A DNA stretch of 64,000 nt, taken from positions 18,458 through 82,457 of the IMG/VR virus record IMGVR_UViG_3300027302_000005; one strand, given 5' to 3'. The position numbers and the translations under genes were made by a program. A model generated the notes under the pieces. The model was not told the DNA's origin, ran no database searches, and worked only from the letters and a program-made list of their open reading frames with translations. Shown one piece after another: positions 20,597 to 31,115 of the stretch. Numbering within the stretch: the stretch's first letter is position 1; the number at the start of each line of letters is the position of its first letter. The DNA is from a virus.

Positions 20597-21582
20597 TGCT
20601 TTTCTTCTGCCTCTACGCTATCACCCCAAAGTTCCATATACCATTCTTGCCCGCGAGTATCACCTTTGAAATTGACAGAGCGGACACGATAGAAGTTGTC
20701 GAATTGCTTATCGTCCGTAACAACCTTGAATAAGCTATTTGGCCTCACTTCAGGATTTAACAAAGCTTTAGCTCTTAGGCCATATCGGACAACGCGCAGC
20801 TTGCTAATCTTTCTAGGTGTTCCATCTTTCTTTAAGGAAGGTTTCTTGGATGGAAGGAACAACTCATCCTCTTTATCCAAGGCTTGCCCAACACTCTTAC
20901 TCACTTCTTCGCTGTCAATGAATGGGATGTCGAGAAGCCCACTGTCCTTACTAAGAACAATAGCTCTTTCATATTCCCCACCATTCAATCCGTAGCGGTC
21001 AGTGACAAGCAGGTTTCCATCTACAATCTTCCATTCAATTGCATATGTCTTTGCAATCTCGTCCAATACTTGCTTACCAGTGCCGTAAGCGGGGTAGCCG
21101 TACATACACTTGAGAGAGAGCCAATCCCCTTTAGCTGGCTTGTTGTAAGACAACGACAAGTCGGAAGCAATCTTGGCAATCACATTCTCAAGATAAATAT
21201 CTTCAGGGAAGGAATAGTTGATTTTCTTGATAGCCAGCTTTGTATAGTCAAGAGCCAATTCAAACGTAGTGATTCTGTCGCTTCCTTGGCGAGTGGTGCG
21301 GATATTGAGAACATCACCATTGACAATGGTTTTAATGTTCCCTTTATATCCAGCATCTAATGTAATACTTCCCCACCTTGTACCAATGCTTTCAATTGTA
21401 CTATCTTGCAGGTTGTAGATGGAGATGGTTCCACGATTGGTTTTCTCTTTATTGTCTACATACAACTCAATATCAAACTGAATACGTAAGTCTTTAAGCT
21501 GGACAATATCCCCATTGACAGGGTTTTTGAATGTAAGGAGATAGTCTCTATCCCACTGAATGTTTTCATAAGTGGTAGCCAT
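20593..21582 (-). CDS. baseplate hub protein
   Basis: ISIYNL, LDAGY, ALLNP, FKGDTRGQEWY. Confidence 0.8.
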   Translation of the reverse strand: MATTYENIQWDRDYLLTFKNPVNGDIVQLKDLRIQFDIELYVDNKEKTNRGTISIYNLQDSTIESIGTRWGSITLDAGYKGNIKTIVNGDVLNIRTTRQGSDRITTFELALDYTKLAIKKINYSFPEDIYLENVIAKIASDLSLSYNKPAKGDWLSLKCMYGYPAYGTGKQVLDEIAKTYAIEWKIVDGNLLVTDRYGLNGGEYERAIVLSKDSGLLDIPFIDSEEVSKSVGQALDKEDELFLPSKKPSLKKDGTPRKISKLRVVRYGLRAKALLNPEVRPNSLFKVVTDDKQFDNFYRVRSVNFKGDTRGQEWYMELWGDSVEAEEKQ

Positions 21583-21600
21583 ATTCTCCCCTTTATACAA

Positions 21601-21918
21601 TTAACCAAAAAACCCAAGAAGGAAGTTATCAGCCCAAGATTTTATTGTTGTTTCATTTTCTTCAACATTGTCATTCAGCTTTGCAAGATAAAGACAACCG
21701 TTTATTCCCACTTCATACATCTCAGGTGAGAAGATGTTATAATCACTAACAACTTTCTTACTGTCAAGGACAACAGTCCCGTCTTGTAAAGTGATTGTGA
21801 CGTAGTAATACTTGCTTCTGAAGTTGTAGTTGAAAGTTAATGTACAGGCTACATTGTTGAGGCTAGTAGAATATGTAAATGATGGAAGGTTGTACAGTGG
21901 AAGCAATGTGATGTTCAT
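21601..21918 (-). CDS. baseplate-associated virion protein
   Basis: Position in baseplate module. Confidence 0.65.
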   Translation of the reverse strand: MNITLLPLYNLPSFTYSTSLNNVACTLTFNYNFRSKYYYVTITLQDGTVVLDSKKVVSDYNIFSPEMYEVGINGCLYLAKLNDNVEENETTIKSWADNFLLGFFG

Positions 21919-21919
21919 A

Positions 21920-22735
21920 TTAATCCCTTATCATTCCCGGTGCTGACCTACTGCCTGTATATTTAAACTTCTTCTCTTGCTGCCTACGCAACTCTTCTTC
22001 AGCAGCAGCGTTTCTATCTATCTGTGGTTGGTGAGCTTCTTGGTTTGTTTCAGGAGCAGCATCCGTTGTCTTTCCCTTATCTCCAACCTTATTACCCTTG
22101 CCGTCAGTAGCAGACCCCTGACCAGCAACAGTAGAAGGGATAATCTTTTCAGCATTAGCCTGAACAACTTTAACTTTGACAGTTTTAACTTGTTCAATGC
22201 TGATGTTAGGATAGATTGCATACCCGCTGTCAGGAGAGGTATCAAAAGACAAATCAGTAATGACACAATTCTCATAGCGTGTAATTTCGCTATCATTCCC
22301 AGTAAGAGTGTAGGCAAGAACAGTGACAAGCTCTTTATCTCGTTGAATACGAATCAACCTGTCCCTGACAACAAACATTGCAGCCTTGACAGAACTATTG
22401 TCTTTCGTAGCTGCATAATCTTGTGGAGCTTGAGCATCAGAGAATGATGGATTAAGATTACTGTCAATCACCCCCATTGAATCAAAACGAGGGGTTCCTT
22501 GATTGTAATACGGAACAGCAGCATTAGCTGCATCTTTCAAAGGATTCCAGAAGTTGTAATCACTCACCACTCCTTGAATCTTCAGCTTGATATTTTCAGT
22601 AACAATGTTGTCACTGATTTTAGTTCCATCTTCAACGGGATGAGACGTTACACTTCCTTGATAAGATTCAGAGAAAGAGAGAATGCTATCAAACAAGATA
22701 ACATCATTGTTTTGTGTTTTTATGACGTAAATCAT
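21920..22735 (-). CDS. baseplate/tube initiator (Dit-like) protein
   Basis: VTSHPVEDGTKISDN motif, follows tape measure. Confidence 0.75.
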   Translation of the reverse strand: MIYVIKTQNNDVILFDSILSFSESYQGSVTSHPVEDGTKISDNIVTENIKLKIQGVVSDYNFWNPLKDAANAAVPYYNQGTPRFDSMGVIDSNLNPSFSDAQAPQDYAATKDNSSVKAAMFVVRDRLIRIQRDKELVTVLAYTLTGNDSEITRYENCVITDLSFDTSPDSGYAIYPNISIEQVKTVKVKVVQANAEKIIPSTVAGQGSATDGKGNKVGDKGKTTDAAPETNQEAHQPQIDRNAAAEEELRRQQEKKFKYTGSRSAPGMIRD

Positions 22736-22753
22736 GCTGTAGCATTCTCCTTA

Positions 22754-24787
22754 TTAACTGTAAATCCCTAACCCGCCGACACGAAGGACACTTCCCACAC
22801 CAACACCAAACTCACGCATGTCTCCATTCTTCAATGCGTCAGCAGCTTGTGCAGGGAGGTCATTGAAGTTGATATTGAAGTTCATTATTGAGCTTTGCGG
22901 GTTTGTCAGTCTTTCAGAAATCTTTGGCTTATTTTGCTCATTGAACTTCTGAAACATTTCTTTAACTTGCTCAGGTGTCTTTCCGCTTGGCGTATTACCA
23001 TTCATTTCCATTGACTGATAAATCTTCTTCTGAACTTCACCAGAATTATAGTTGAAAGAGTTTTTATCGAAGAAAGGATTAATCCCTCTTTTCATTTCTT
23101 CCCACCCATTCAACACTTTCAGAATAAACGTATCCCAAAGAATCATGGCATATTCAATATCAAGCTGCCACCCATGAACCCAATTATCTTCGCCATTCAT
23201 GTAGTCAGCTACGGATTGGGCTACATATATCAACCCGCCCATTAAGCCAACCAGCCTAGCCATTGGCGGAATAGCACCCCACAGCAGTTTGGTAAACTGA
23301 TTCATGGAACTAATAGCACCGCCAATCCCTTGTGTCTTGAGAAGTACAAATGCTGCGAGTAGGCCGCCTGTTCCGAAGAACCCTGCCAAGAACCCTTTTA
23401 TATCTTCCTTATTGTTTGATATAACAGTTCCAAGCTCTTTAAGTCCTTTTATAACAAGCAGCAACCCTTTGAACAACGGGGTAAGAACTGAAACAAGTTT
23501 AGTAAGGGCTCCGAACATCTCTGTCAACAACTCATCCAAGCCGCTTTCCATCATTACTTTGGAAAACTCTCGCATTTTGTTGTTGAAACGTTCTTGTGCA
23601 GCAGCAGACATTTTAAGCTGTTTCTGGAACTCAGGAGATGCTAGGGCAAAATCCCCCATAGCTTGCATTGCCTTAACAACAACGTCAGTGCCAACCTTCC
23701 CGTTTTCCATCATCTTGAACAGACCTTGTACATCTGTTCCAGCAGCCTGAGCGAAGTATTGCATCACACCAGCAGCATGTTCACCCAACTGCCCCTTCAG
23801 TTCTTCACTACTTACTTTCTGCTTGTTGAACATCTGTTCAATAGCTTTGTTAGCAAGATTGATCTTTTCAGCACTCATCCCCAACAAACGGAAATAACTT
23901 TGAGCGCCCTTAAAGCTCTTTTGAAGAACTTCAGTACTAAACTGTTCCTTGCCAGACATGAACATCTTGGCATAGCTCTGACCCATATCAAGGATAGAGA
24001 TACCGAGTTCATCTGCTGTCTGTTTTACGAACTTTAGATTCTGATTGAATGTTGCAGTATCACCGGAGATTGCCTTGAGCATATTCTCCATCTGCATCAT
24101 TTCACGACCAGTTGCAATCAGTTCTTTGATTGCATACCCGCCAGCAACAGCATTAAACAATCCCATACCCGTTGGAAGCATAGGGCGAAGGAAGGCAGCA
24201 GGGCCAGACTTAGCAATGCCAGATGCTCTCCCCCAATACCCTACATACTGATTAGATTCATATCCGTTTCCACGAGGGCGGCCAGCATTCTCTCTAGCCC
24301 CACCATATCCAGCACCTGTCTGACTAATAGCACTTGATGGAACTTGTCTAAATCTACTAATTCCTGCTGTAGCAGCTTTCAACCTTTCAAAGTTAGCAGC
24401 AAGCAACATGATTGCTTGTGCATATTCAGCTACTTCATTCTTTCTACCAGTGATAGCTTGATGAAGTTTGAAGATGGAAGAAGCAAACCTATCAGCCCAC
24501 ATCTCAGATTTCTGAGCTTGTCCACTAACAGCAACTTGCATGTTGTTCAGGTGAGTGACGCTTTTCTCAATACCATCCATCCACTTCGTAACACCCTTGG
24601 TGTCAGTCATCTTCTGGAATGATTTGAATTGTGCTGTCAGCCCTGTAAGCTGATTCTTGAGCTTTCCTGTTTGTATTGCTGCTTCTTTCAGTTGTACTTT
24701 TAAATCAGCAATCTCAGCACGGAACGCTGTCAACCCTTCCTTGTCTACTTTAAAACCTACAGTAGCAAATAGCTTTGCCAGTTCCAT
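22754..24787 (-). CDS. tape measure protein
   Basis: LFATVGFKVD start, QMFNKQKVSSEELKGQLGE motif, helical. Confidence 0.9.
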   Translation of the reverse strand: MELAKLFATVGFKVDKEGLTAFRAEIADLKVQLKEAAIQTGKLKNQLTGLTAQFKSFQKMTDTKGVTKWMDGIEKSVTHLNNMQVAVSGQAQKSEMWADRFASSIFKLHQAITGRKNEVAEYAQAIMLLAANFERLKAATAGISRFRQVPSSAISQTGAGYGGARENAGRPRGNGYESNQYVGYWGRASGIAKSGPAAFLRPMLPTGMGLFNAVAGGYAIKELIATGREMMQMENMLKAISGDTATFNQNLKFVKQTADELGISILDMGQSYAKMFMSGKEQFSTEVLQKSFKGAQSYFRLLGMSAEKINLANKAIEQMFNKQKVSSEELKGQLGEHAAGVMQYFAQAAGTDVQGLFKMMENGKVGTDVVVKAMQAMGDFALASPEFQKQLKMSAAAQERFNNKMREFSKVMMESGLDELLTEMFGALTKLVSVLTPLFKGLLLVIKGLKELGTVISNNKEDIKGFLAGFFGTGGLLAAFVLLKTQGIGGAISSMNQFTKLLWGAIPPMARLVGLMGGLIYVAQSVADYMNGEDNWVHGWQLDIEYAMILWDTFILKVLNGWEEMKRGINPFFDKNSFNYNSGEVQKKIYQSMEMNGNTPSGKTPEQVKEMFQKFNEQNKPKISERLTNPQSSIMNFNINFNDLPAQAADALKNGDMREFGVGVGSVLRVGGLGIYS

Positions 24788-24799
24788 GCCCTTCTCCTA

Positions 24800-25068
24800 T
24801 TATTCTTTTTGGCTACGTCGCCTGCTGTCATCTCTCAATGCAGCATTAACATCCATCATTTCCAGCATGTCATAAAAGTCGGGAACGCTATACACTGTCT
24901 GTAATTCGTGATACGTACAGTATCTTTCTTCAGCAGACAAGAGATTGAGAATACGAACATCTACTGTGAACTTTTCTTCAATCTCTTTGTATAAGCGTTT
25001 TGTACCTGAATCAATTTCAGATTCGCTAGTGTTTAAGCCCCGATGCCTAAACCTAGCTTTGAAAAAAC
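24800..25068 (-). CDS. tail assembly chaperone, -1 frame extension (gpT-like)
   Basis: Frame (...CTYHELQTVYSVPDFYDMLEMMD...) with no upstream start opens at GTTTTTTC inside the chaperone 3' end. Confidence 0.75.
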
Positions 25069-25422
25069 ATCAGAGAAGTTAACTTTCAACACTTCCTTAA
25101 TCAAGTCAAACAGCACACCATACCGTTGTGCAAACTCCTGATCAAAGTTGATGGCCATTGTTCCCTTACTGACATTGCTCACCAATTCTTTAATCAGTGC
25201 CACGACGTCCACTTTATCCATTTGTCCAATCAAGACATTAATCGCTTCACCAAGGACAGCATCTTCGCTACCATCGCCTTGTGCGGCCTTCTGCAATTCC
25301 ATGAATGCAGGGCCAAGTAGCTTAACCAGCTTCACTTCAATAGCCAGTCCCTTGGTTGCCACAAAAGGTGTAATCTTATAGTCAACGCCACCCAGATGAA
25401 CATCTACTTGTTCAAGAGCCAT
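25033..25422 (-). CDS. tail assembly chaperone (gpG-like)
   Basis: Between tube genes and tape measure; ends LKVNFSDVFSKLG. Confidence 0.85.
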   Translation of the reverse strand: MALEQVDVHLGGVDYKITPFVATKGLAIEVKLVKLLGPAFMELQKAAQGDGSEDAVLGEAINVLIGQMDKVDVVALIKELVSNVSKGTMAINFDQEFAQRYGVLFDLIKEVLKVNFSDVFSKLGLGIGA

Positions 25423-25445
25423 TCTTATTTACCTCAGTTAAATTG

Positions 25446-25880
25446 TTAGTATAGCAAATCAGTAAGAGCAGTGAATTGTAGTGCATTAACTACAAAACTC
25501 CATTCTGTTTCTGTTGCATCATTATCTCTGACCAAATCAGGTGCAGACATAATATATCCAGTCGATGATATATTTGGTTTTTGCATGTCAGTGGCATTTG
25601 CACCACTAACTTCAACTCGGAAGAATGAGTTGGCGTTTACTTCGGACGAAGCATATAGGTCTTGCAAGATAGCATTTGAAATGCTTGTTTGCAGAAGTTT
25701 GACAGTTAGGCGAAAGGGTCGAGTGAATTGTCTCACTCTTGCAGAATACACGGGGTCTATTCCATCAATATTCTTGAAAGAGTCTGTCCCGCGATTCACT
25801 CTAATGGATGTAACGCCTGTTAAGACGTAGCCAGCAATTCTCACTTCATTCTGTGACGGGTCATAAACTACTGAAGTCAT
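25446..25880 (-). CDS. tail tube-like paralog
   Basis: YDPSQ start, KLLQTSISN. Confidence 0.7.
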   Translation of the reverse strand: MTSVVYDPSQNEVRIAGYVLTGVTSIRVNRGTDSFKNIDGIDPVYSARVRQFTRPFRLTVKLLQTSISNAILQDLYASSEVNANSFFRVEVSGANATDMQKPNISSTGYIMSAPDLVRDNDATETEWSFVVNALQFTALTDLLY

Positions 25881-26440
25881 TTTATCACCCTGATTGCAGC
25901 ATCCACATAATTACGACTGATATTAAAAGTTGATTGCATTGCTGAAGCAATTGCAAGAGCCTCTGTAACACCAGATAAATCTTCGGCATTCCCGCCGATT
26001 AAACATTCAACATCGTTACACATGAATGTCCATTGTCTTGTAGCTAGCGATTGTCCAAACTCAAGTTCAGGCAGTGCTTCAATCCAAACATCCTTGGCAA
26101 AGAACATTGTTGTTCCGCTGTTGTCTTTAACAATCAATGGAAGATATTGCATTGCGCTAATGTTTGAACCATAAAGTAGTTTTTGAACACCAGAAAGGAA
26201 ATCATTGCTTTCACTGGATTGTTCAAGAAACACATCCACTTTCCATGTGCTGTATCGCTGTTGTGTAATGGATACAGTTCCATCCATTGCTCGTTTACTT
26301 GTATAAAGCGGGTCAACACGATTGATACGCACAACATTGTCAGCACTAAAGCCAGATATGTTGATTCCAGCAAATGTTATTCCAACATCACTTGGGGAAT
26401 ATGTGTACACTCTTGTTCTCCTATATAAAGAGTAGGGCAT
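25877..26440 (-). CDS. tail tube-like paralog
   Basis: YTYSPSDV, LEQSSESNDFL, VKDNSG. Confidence 0.75.
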   Translation of the reverse strand: MPYSLYRRTRVYTYSPSDVGITFAGINISGFSADNVVRINRVDPLYTSKRAMDGTVSITQQRYSTWKVDVFLEQSSESNDFLSGVQKLLYGSNISAMQYLPLIVKDNSGTTMFFAKDVWIEALPELEFGQSLATRQWTFMCNDVECLIGGNAEDLSGVTEALAIASAMQSTFNISRNYVDAAIRVIK

Positions 26441-26472
26441 CCTTGCCCTGTATTATTATTCCCTAGAAGCTA

Positions 26473-27000
26473 TCAAGCCTGCCATTCAGTAGGAACAGTT
26501 CCACCAAGCAGTTGGATAGCAGCAACATCTTCAGCAGAGATGAGCGAGTTACCAGCGATAATATCTTCCATCTGAGTGCAGTGGAAAACCCAATCACGGT
26601 TGTTCAAGCTGTTACCGTATTGGCTGTTAGGCACAACACCGATGTATGCTTCCTGAGCAAAGGCAACAGAACGACCAGAGCCATCCTTCACAGTGAGAGA
26701 GAACAAGCCATCGCTATTCTTGCTTGCACGGTCATTAGCGTACAGCAGGGTGAGGATGTCATTAGAAGCACTCCCTTGACCCAAGGAAACAGTAACCTTA
26801 CCGGAAGTGTTAGCCTTATAGACGCGAGTAGCAATGTTATCAACACCAGTAACGTGTTCGTAAGTTTCACTATCACGTTCAACATTAATGTGACTATCTT
26901 CAGCATAACCGGCAATGACATGAATCAGGCCAGTGGATTCTTGAGAGATAACAACATTAACATCAGACGGAGAATATGTAGAAGTACGAGTAGAAGCCAT
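26473..27000 (-). CDS. tail tube protein
   Basis: STYSPSDV, LGQGSASNDIL, VKDGSG; directly after sheath. Confidence 0.85.
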   Translation of the reverse strand: MASTRTSTYSPSDVNVVISQESTGLIHVIAGYAEDSHINVERDSETYEHVTGVDNIATRVYKANTSGKVTVSLGQGSASNDILTLLYANDRASKNSDGLFSLTVKDGSGRSVAFAQEAYIGVVPNSQYGNSLNNRDWVFHCTQMEDIIAGNSLISAEDVAAIQLLGGTVPTEWQA

Positions 27001-27016
27001 TTATTATATTCTCCTA

Positions 27017-28312
27017 TTAAGCCGTCACGGTGCCGGTGATACCATCCACATACAGGATAGCGCCAGCAAGACGAGCAGTGAACGTAACATCCGGCAATAC
27101 GCGAGTAGCCCGGACAGCAGACGAGATGTTGAGAACGTTCGGAACAGAAACAATCGGAGCAGGCGAATCAGCCAAGCCACCAACTTGTACACCTTCTGCC
27201 AGAGCGCGACGAATCTCAGCTTCAATAACAGCAGTACCTTTACTGGTGTAGCTAATCTTCTTGCTGTTAATCTGCTGGAACCAAATCCCTTCTTGGATAC
27301 GAGCCTTCAGCCAGAATACAAACACCATCACATCAATCCATTCGCTGCTACTGACTTTGCCACCAATCACGACATCACGGCCACCAATAGAGGCTTCGTA
27401 TGTAGAGCCATTCTTGTTCTTGATGTAATTGGCTTCGGACGAAGAGAGCGTATCCGCTGTAATACCGGAAAGCGTCTTATAGCACCAGTGGTTAGAGCCG
27501 GGTTGAGCAGGAGCGAAATAACCAACCCAAGCACATTCAATGAAATTGGTATCAGCAGAAGCATTCCAGATATAGAACGTGTTGTCGTAGTTCAGAGCCT
27601 TAATCTGGCTGAAAATATCAGACGTAGAAGAAGTTTTCACAGCACTAGCTTGGCTAGAGAAAACATACATCTTTTCCAGCACTTCAACAGCAGCAGCAAT
27701 ATCCAGCACATCAGCATCAACATGAGATTCAGTAGACAACATGAACCAAGTATCATTGACATTCTGAACAGCAGTGATTGTGTCAGCCCATTCTTCCGTA
27801 GCAGCGTCATTAGCAGCCGACAGATTGGCGCTAAGCCCCTTCAGTTCATAGCCAGTACCAGACACAGACGGAGCGATTGTCAGAGTGGTTGTACCACCAG
27901 TAGTGATACCAGTAACACCAGCAGAAACAATAGCAGCCTTCAGACCAGTAACAATCTCAGCAGCTGTGGCAGAAGAATCAGCCGTGAAGCTAATGCTTTC
28001 CCCTTCCAAAGTGAAAGAGTAGGTGGCGTCATTAACAACGGTCGGCGTAATCGTAACCAACGGAACTTGACGACGACCTACAACAATCTTGTCCAAGCCT
28101 TGATCTTGAGCAAAATACTTCTGAGCAGCCTTATACACATTGCTAGTAGAAGCAAAATCTGCACCAACTTCAGCAACACTGTTGTATTCTTTAGCACGTT
28201 CAGCAAAAGCTGTGTGGGCGGCAATAAAGCAAGGGACTGCAAACGAAGCCCGCTGCACTGTAGCAGTTTCACGACTAATCGTGACGCTAATCAAATCATT
28301 AAGAACAGTCAT
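27017..28312 (-). CDS. tail sheath protein (DUF3383-like)
   Basis: PGSNHWCYKTLSGI, EWIDVM..WLKARIQE, ARLAGAI. Confidence 0.9.
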   Translation of the reverse strand: MTVLNDLISVTISRETATVQRASFAVPCFIAAHTAFAERAKEYNSVAEVGADFASTSNVYKAAQKYFAQDQGLDKIVVGRRQVPLVTITPTVVNDATYSFTLEGESISFTADSSATAAEIVTGLKAAIVSAGVTGITTGGTTTLTIAPSVSGTGYELKGLSANLSAANDAATEEWADTITAVQNVNDTWFMLSTESHVDADVLDIAAAVEVLEKMYVFSSQASAVKTSSTSDIFSQIKALNYDNTFYIWNASADTNFIECAWVGYFAPAQPGSNHWCYKTLSGITADTLSSSEANYIKNKNGSTYEASIGGRDVVIGGKVSSSEWIDVMVFVFWLKARIQEGIWFQQINSKKISYTSKGTAVIEAEIRRALAEGVQVGGLADSPAPIVSVPNVLNISSAVRATRVLPDVTFTARLAGAILYVDGITGTVTA

Positions 28313-28326
28313 GTTCTATCTATCTC

Positions 28327-28899
28327 CTAATAGTTAAATGTTACAGGCAACGTACCGTCTACATTGTTGGCTTCAGTTAGTGTTCCCTTTACGGCTCCAT
28401 CGTCGATGGACTGGAACGTAATCGTGGAATGTTTATCGTAAGCCAGCGATACATCCACTGTGAAAACAGAATAGAAATCTGTTTCTCTTTTTTGTTGTGA
28501 ACGCTTGTTTCCACTCACACGTAGAACACTTAGGCCGTTATCAGCAAACAACTGCCGATAATAAACACTTCGCATTCTTTGACAGAAATCTTCTGCGTAA
28601 TTGGCTGCATTAGTATCACTGCCACCTGACTGTTTATCCTTTCCAACAAATACAAACCTTACCAATCCTTCATATGTTTGGCACATGGTTGTTGTTCTGT
28701 TTGAGTTGTGAATAATCACACTCTCATAGGACATACCAACTGGCGTTTCACTAACAACAAATATATGGCAATAGGGGGAGGCAGGCTCAACACCATTCTG
28801 CATATCAAGATAAGCTGTAATGCCGGACAGTGTAGAAGTGAATGCTGTATAGATACTATCTTCAATGGAAGTGAATGTACTGTTTGTCACTTTAGACAT
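28327..28899 (-). CDS. tail terminator/neck protein
   Basis: Position before sheath, P..PY motif. Confidence 0.65.
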   Translation of the reverse strand: MSKVTNSTFTSIEDSIYTAFTSTLSGITAYLDMQNGVEPASPYCHIFVVSETPVGMSYESVIIHNSNRTTTMCQTYEGLVRFVFVGKDKQSGGSDTNAANYAEDFCQRMRSVYYRQLFADNGLSVLRVSGNKRSQQKRETDFYSVFTVDVSLAYDKHSTITFQSIDDGAVKGTLTEANNVDGTLPVTFNY

Positions 28900-29270
28900 T
28901 ATGCTTTCTCCTTACGAACAGCTAATGCCATATAATGATCTAGCACATTAAGATTATAGAGATTCACTTCCCTAACTTCGTACACATCACCATTCCAAGT
29001 AACTTCATCCCCTTTCAGCAATCCACTGCCTTCTTGACTTGTACGTACAGATTGTGAGATTCCATTAGTCAGGATGATAATACTGTTCTTGCTTCTATCC
29101 CCTTCAGGAAGAAGTTTAGTCATCTTTCCTTGAATGTTATTCTGAATGTTACAAGAGATTGTGAACGTTGAAGCTGTTCCATCAAGCCATCTACCATTAA
29201 CGTAGCTTCCAGCCCGTCTGGTAAATGTGTAATTGCTCTTCCCTACGCATAAAAACAACGGAGTTGTCAT
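28899..29270 (-). CDS. head closure protein
   Basis: GSYVNGRW..G, LLPEGDR, D.V.WNG..YEV. Confidence 0.75.
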   Translation of the reverse strand: MTTPLFLCVGKSNYTFTRRAGSYVNGRWLDGTASTFTISCNIQNNIQGKMTKLLPEGDRSKNSIIILTNGISQSVRTSQEGSGLLKGDEVTWNGDVYEVREVNLYNLNVLDHYMALAVRKEKA

Positions 29271-29800
29271 TTAATATCCACCTCCTTCTTTCGTTTGCCG
29301 TAGGCATCTCGATTAACTATCCTTGCTGTAATGCTGTCGTACATTAAGCTTGTTTCACGTAATACACGAGTTTCAGGTGACTTCATGTCTAATGTCAATT
29401 CAGAGTTTAGCGGGAACTGAGCGTCGTCAATACTGGTCTTTACTGTTTGTACAAGGCCAGCGCCAACCCTGAGCATTTCCTTTTCTACTTTGCCCAGAAA
29501 CGATAGCTTGAATATGTGTGGTGCAACCCCTTTGATATAAGAAGCTGCATCTGGAATTGATTGGGTGAAGAATGGGCGAGGAGGGGAGAAGCCCCTTGGT
29601 GCAGCAAAACCAGTCTCTTGCATCCAAGCTACACTTGCTACATACATCCCTTGTCTGCTATCACCAGCAGGATATTTTTCTTCGTTAATAAATCCGTATT
29701 CAATTTCTTTCTGGTTAAGGTCTTGCAGACGTTTCCACAGAGCATCAAGCTCTTTGAAATCGGTTGTCACTTCATAACCAAGTTTTGTACTCTTAGCCAT
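29267..29800 (-). CDS. neck/tail completion protein
   Basis: VAWMQETG...PPRPF, LRETSLMYDSI. Confidence 0.75.
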   Translation of the reverse strand: MAKSTKLGYEVTTDFKELDALWKRLQDLNQKEIEYGFINEEKYPAGDSRQGMYVASVAWMQETGFAAPRGFSPPRPFFTQSIPDAASYIKGVAPHIFKLSFLGKVEKEMLRVGAGLVQTVKTSIDDAQFPLNSELTLDMKSPETRVLRETSLMYDSITARIVNRDAYGKRKKEVDIK

Positions 29801-29814
29801 TACATAGCTCCCAA

Positions 29815-30279
29815 TCAGAAGCCAGAATATGAACCAGTTTCAACCCAAGTTTCTTTCTCAAGGTAAGATGGAGCGCCATCATCGTTAGTAACACCACGAT
29901 AAACTTTAGGTGACAATGTATCCGTATCGTTCATATTATCTTGCATGTCACTACGACTAATACCACCGGCGTAAGGTGTGAACTCAACATCGTAAATAGC
30001 TGGATTACTAATTGCCAGCTTCAGGGCTTGCATGTAGTTGTTGAATGTATCAGCACCATAGACTTCACACTGATAAGCACGTTCACGGCGCATCTTGGCA
30101 AGAGAGAACAGGATGATGGGCATCAATTCTCGTGCTGTACGCTTCTCATTGTTGTTGTTCTTATCCAAGTAATATTGATATGTTGCGTCATCAAGAAATA
30201 CAAGAGATGTATCTGTATCACCTACAGCGATTCTGAGTCTATCCACTGCACTCGTAGCCGGAGAACCCGTGTACGCCAT
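29815..30279 (-). CDS. head-tail adaptor
   Basis: DRLRIAVGDTD, PYAGGIS. Confidence 0.75.
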   Translation of the reverse strand: MAYTGSPATSAVDRLRIAVGDTDTSLVFLDDATYQYYLDKNNNNEKRTARELMPIILFSLAKMRRERAYQCEVYGADTFNNYMQALKLAISNPAIYDVEFTPYAGGISRSDMQDNMNDTDTLSPKVYRGVTNDDGAPSYLEKETWVETGSYSGF

Positions 30280-30358
30280 TGTATTTCTCCTGTTATTATG
30301 TTTCTATTGTTCAAATACACTTCTTTCAAACATACTTGTTAAAATGTTCTTGAACAAT

Positions 30359-30377
30359 AGCCCCCGAAGGGGCTAAA
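30359..30377 (-). terminator. hairpin after capsid/HNH genes
   Basis: AGCCCC-TTCG-GGGGCT stem-loop; weak U tract. Confidence 0.65.
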
Positions 30378-30378
30378 G

Positions 30379-31098
30379 CTAAATTGTTTGTTTGAAGTCC
30401 TCCATGAACTTTTTACAAAGTTCCTCAGTAACTTCGTTATCTGGCAGTCTTCCGTGTTTTTCGATAAACGAATTGACAAGCTGTTCTCTAATAACTCTTG
30501 CCGATTCTATATCTTTGAAAAACCCTACCACATATTTTCTTTTTGATTTTAACGAAATTTTTAAAACATACCCATCTCGTTCTGTGTAGTCTAATCCGAT
30601 TACACCAAATTTGTTCCTACACCCTCGGTTTAGGCAGTTAGCAACCCTATTCACGAACCTACAATTCTCTGGTGTATAGTTACCGTCGTTGTCAATTCGG
30701 TCGATTTGCAACCCCTCTACATATCCAGCAGAAAAGGCCCAATCCCTAAATGTTTCAAACTTACTCCACTCGTCACATAGAGTGATTCCTTTTGCAGTAT
30801 ATGTCTTGTGTTGCGGGTGCACTTTAAAGCACCTGATACGGATATTTCTATACATATCATGCAGTTTAGTACCACAAAGTCCGTGTGAGGTATTATCTTT
30901 AAGTCCAATATACTTCCCACATCCACAAGTTTTTGTGTTACCACTTGTGAGATTGTTTGCTGGTACAATTGTTTTGTTCCCACAAGAACAGATACATTCC
31001 CAAGCAATCCGTTTACCAATGTTGAAATCTGCCCGCTTAATTACGAGCAGATTTCCATACTGCTTACCTGTCAAATCCACTACTTGCATTATGTCCAC
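30379..31098 (-). CDS. free-standing HNH homing endonuclease
   Basis: DLTGKQYG, CICSCG, ITLCDEW, IDRIDNDGNYTPENCRF. Confidence 0.9.
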   Translation of the reverse strand: MDIMQVVDLTGKQYGNLLVIKRADFNIGKRIAWECICSCGNKTIVPANNLTSGNTKTCGCGKYIGLKDNTSHGLCGTKLHDMYRNIRIRCFKVHPQHKTYTAKGITLCDEWSKFETFRDWAFSAGYVEGLQIDRIDNDGNYTPENCRFVNRVANCLNRGCRNKFGVIGLDYTERDGYVLKISLKSKRKYVVGFFKDIESARVIREQLVNSFIEKHGRLPDNEVTEELCKKFMEDFKQTI

Positions 31099-31115
31099 CT
31101 CTGATTAAAAAGATG

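Noticed and set aside
25446-27000. Three tandem tail tube paralogs as a novelty
   Set aside because: As I recall, this arrangement is usual for this myovirus type
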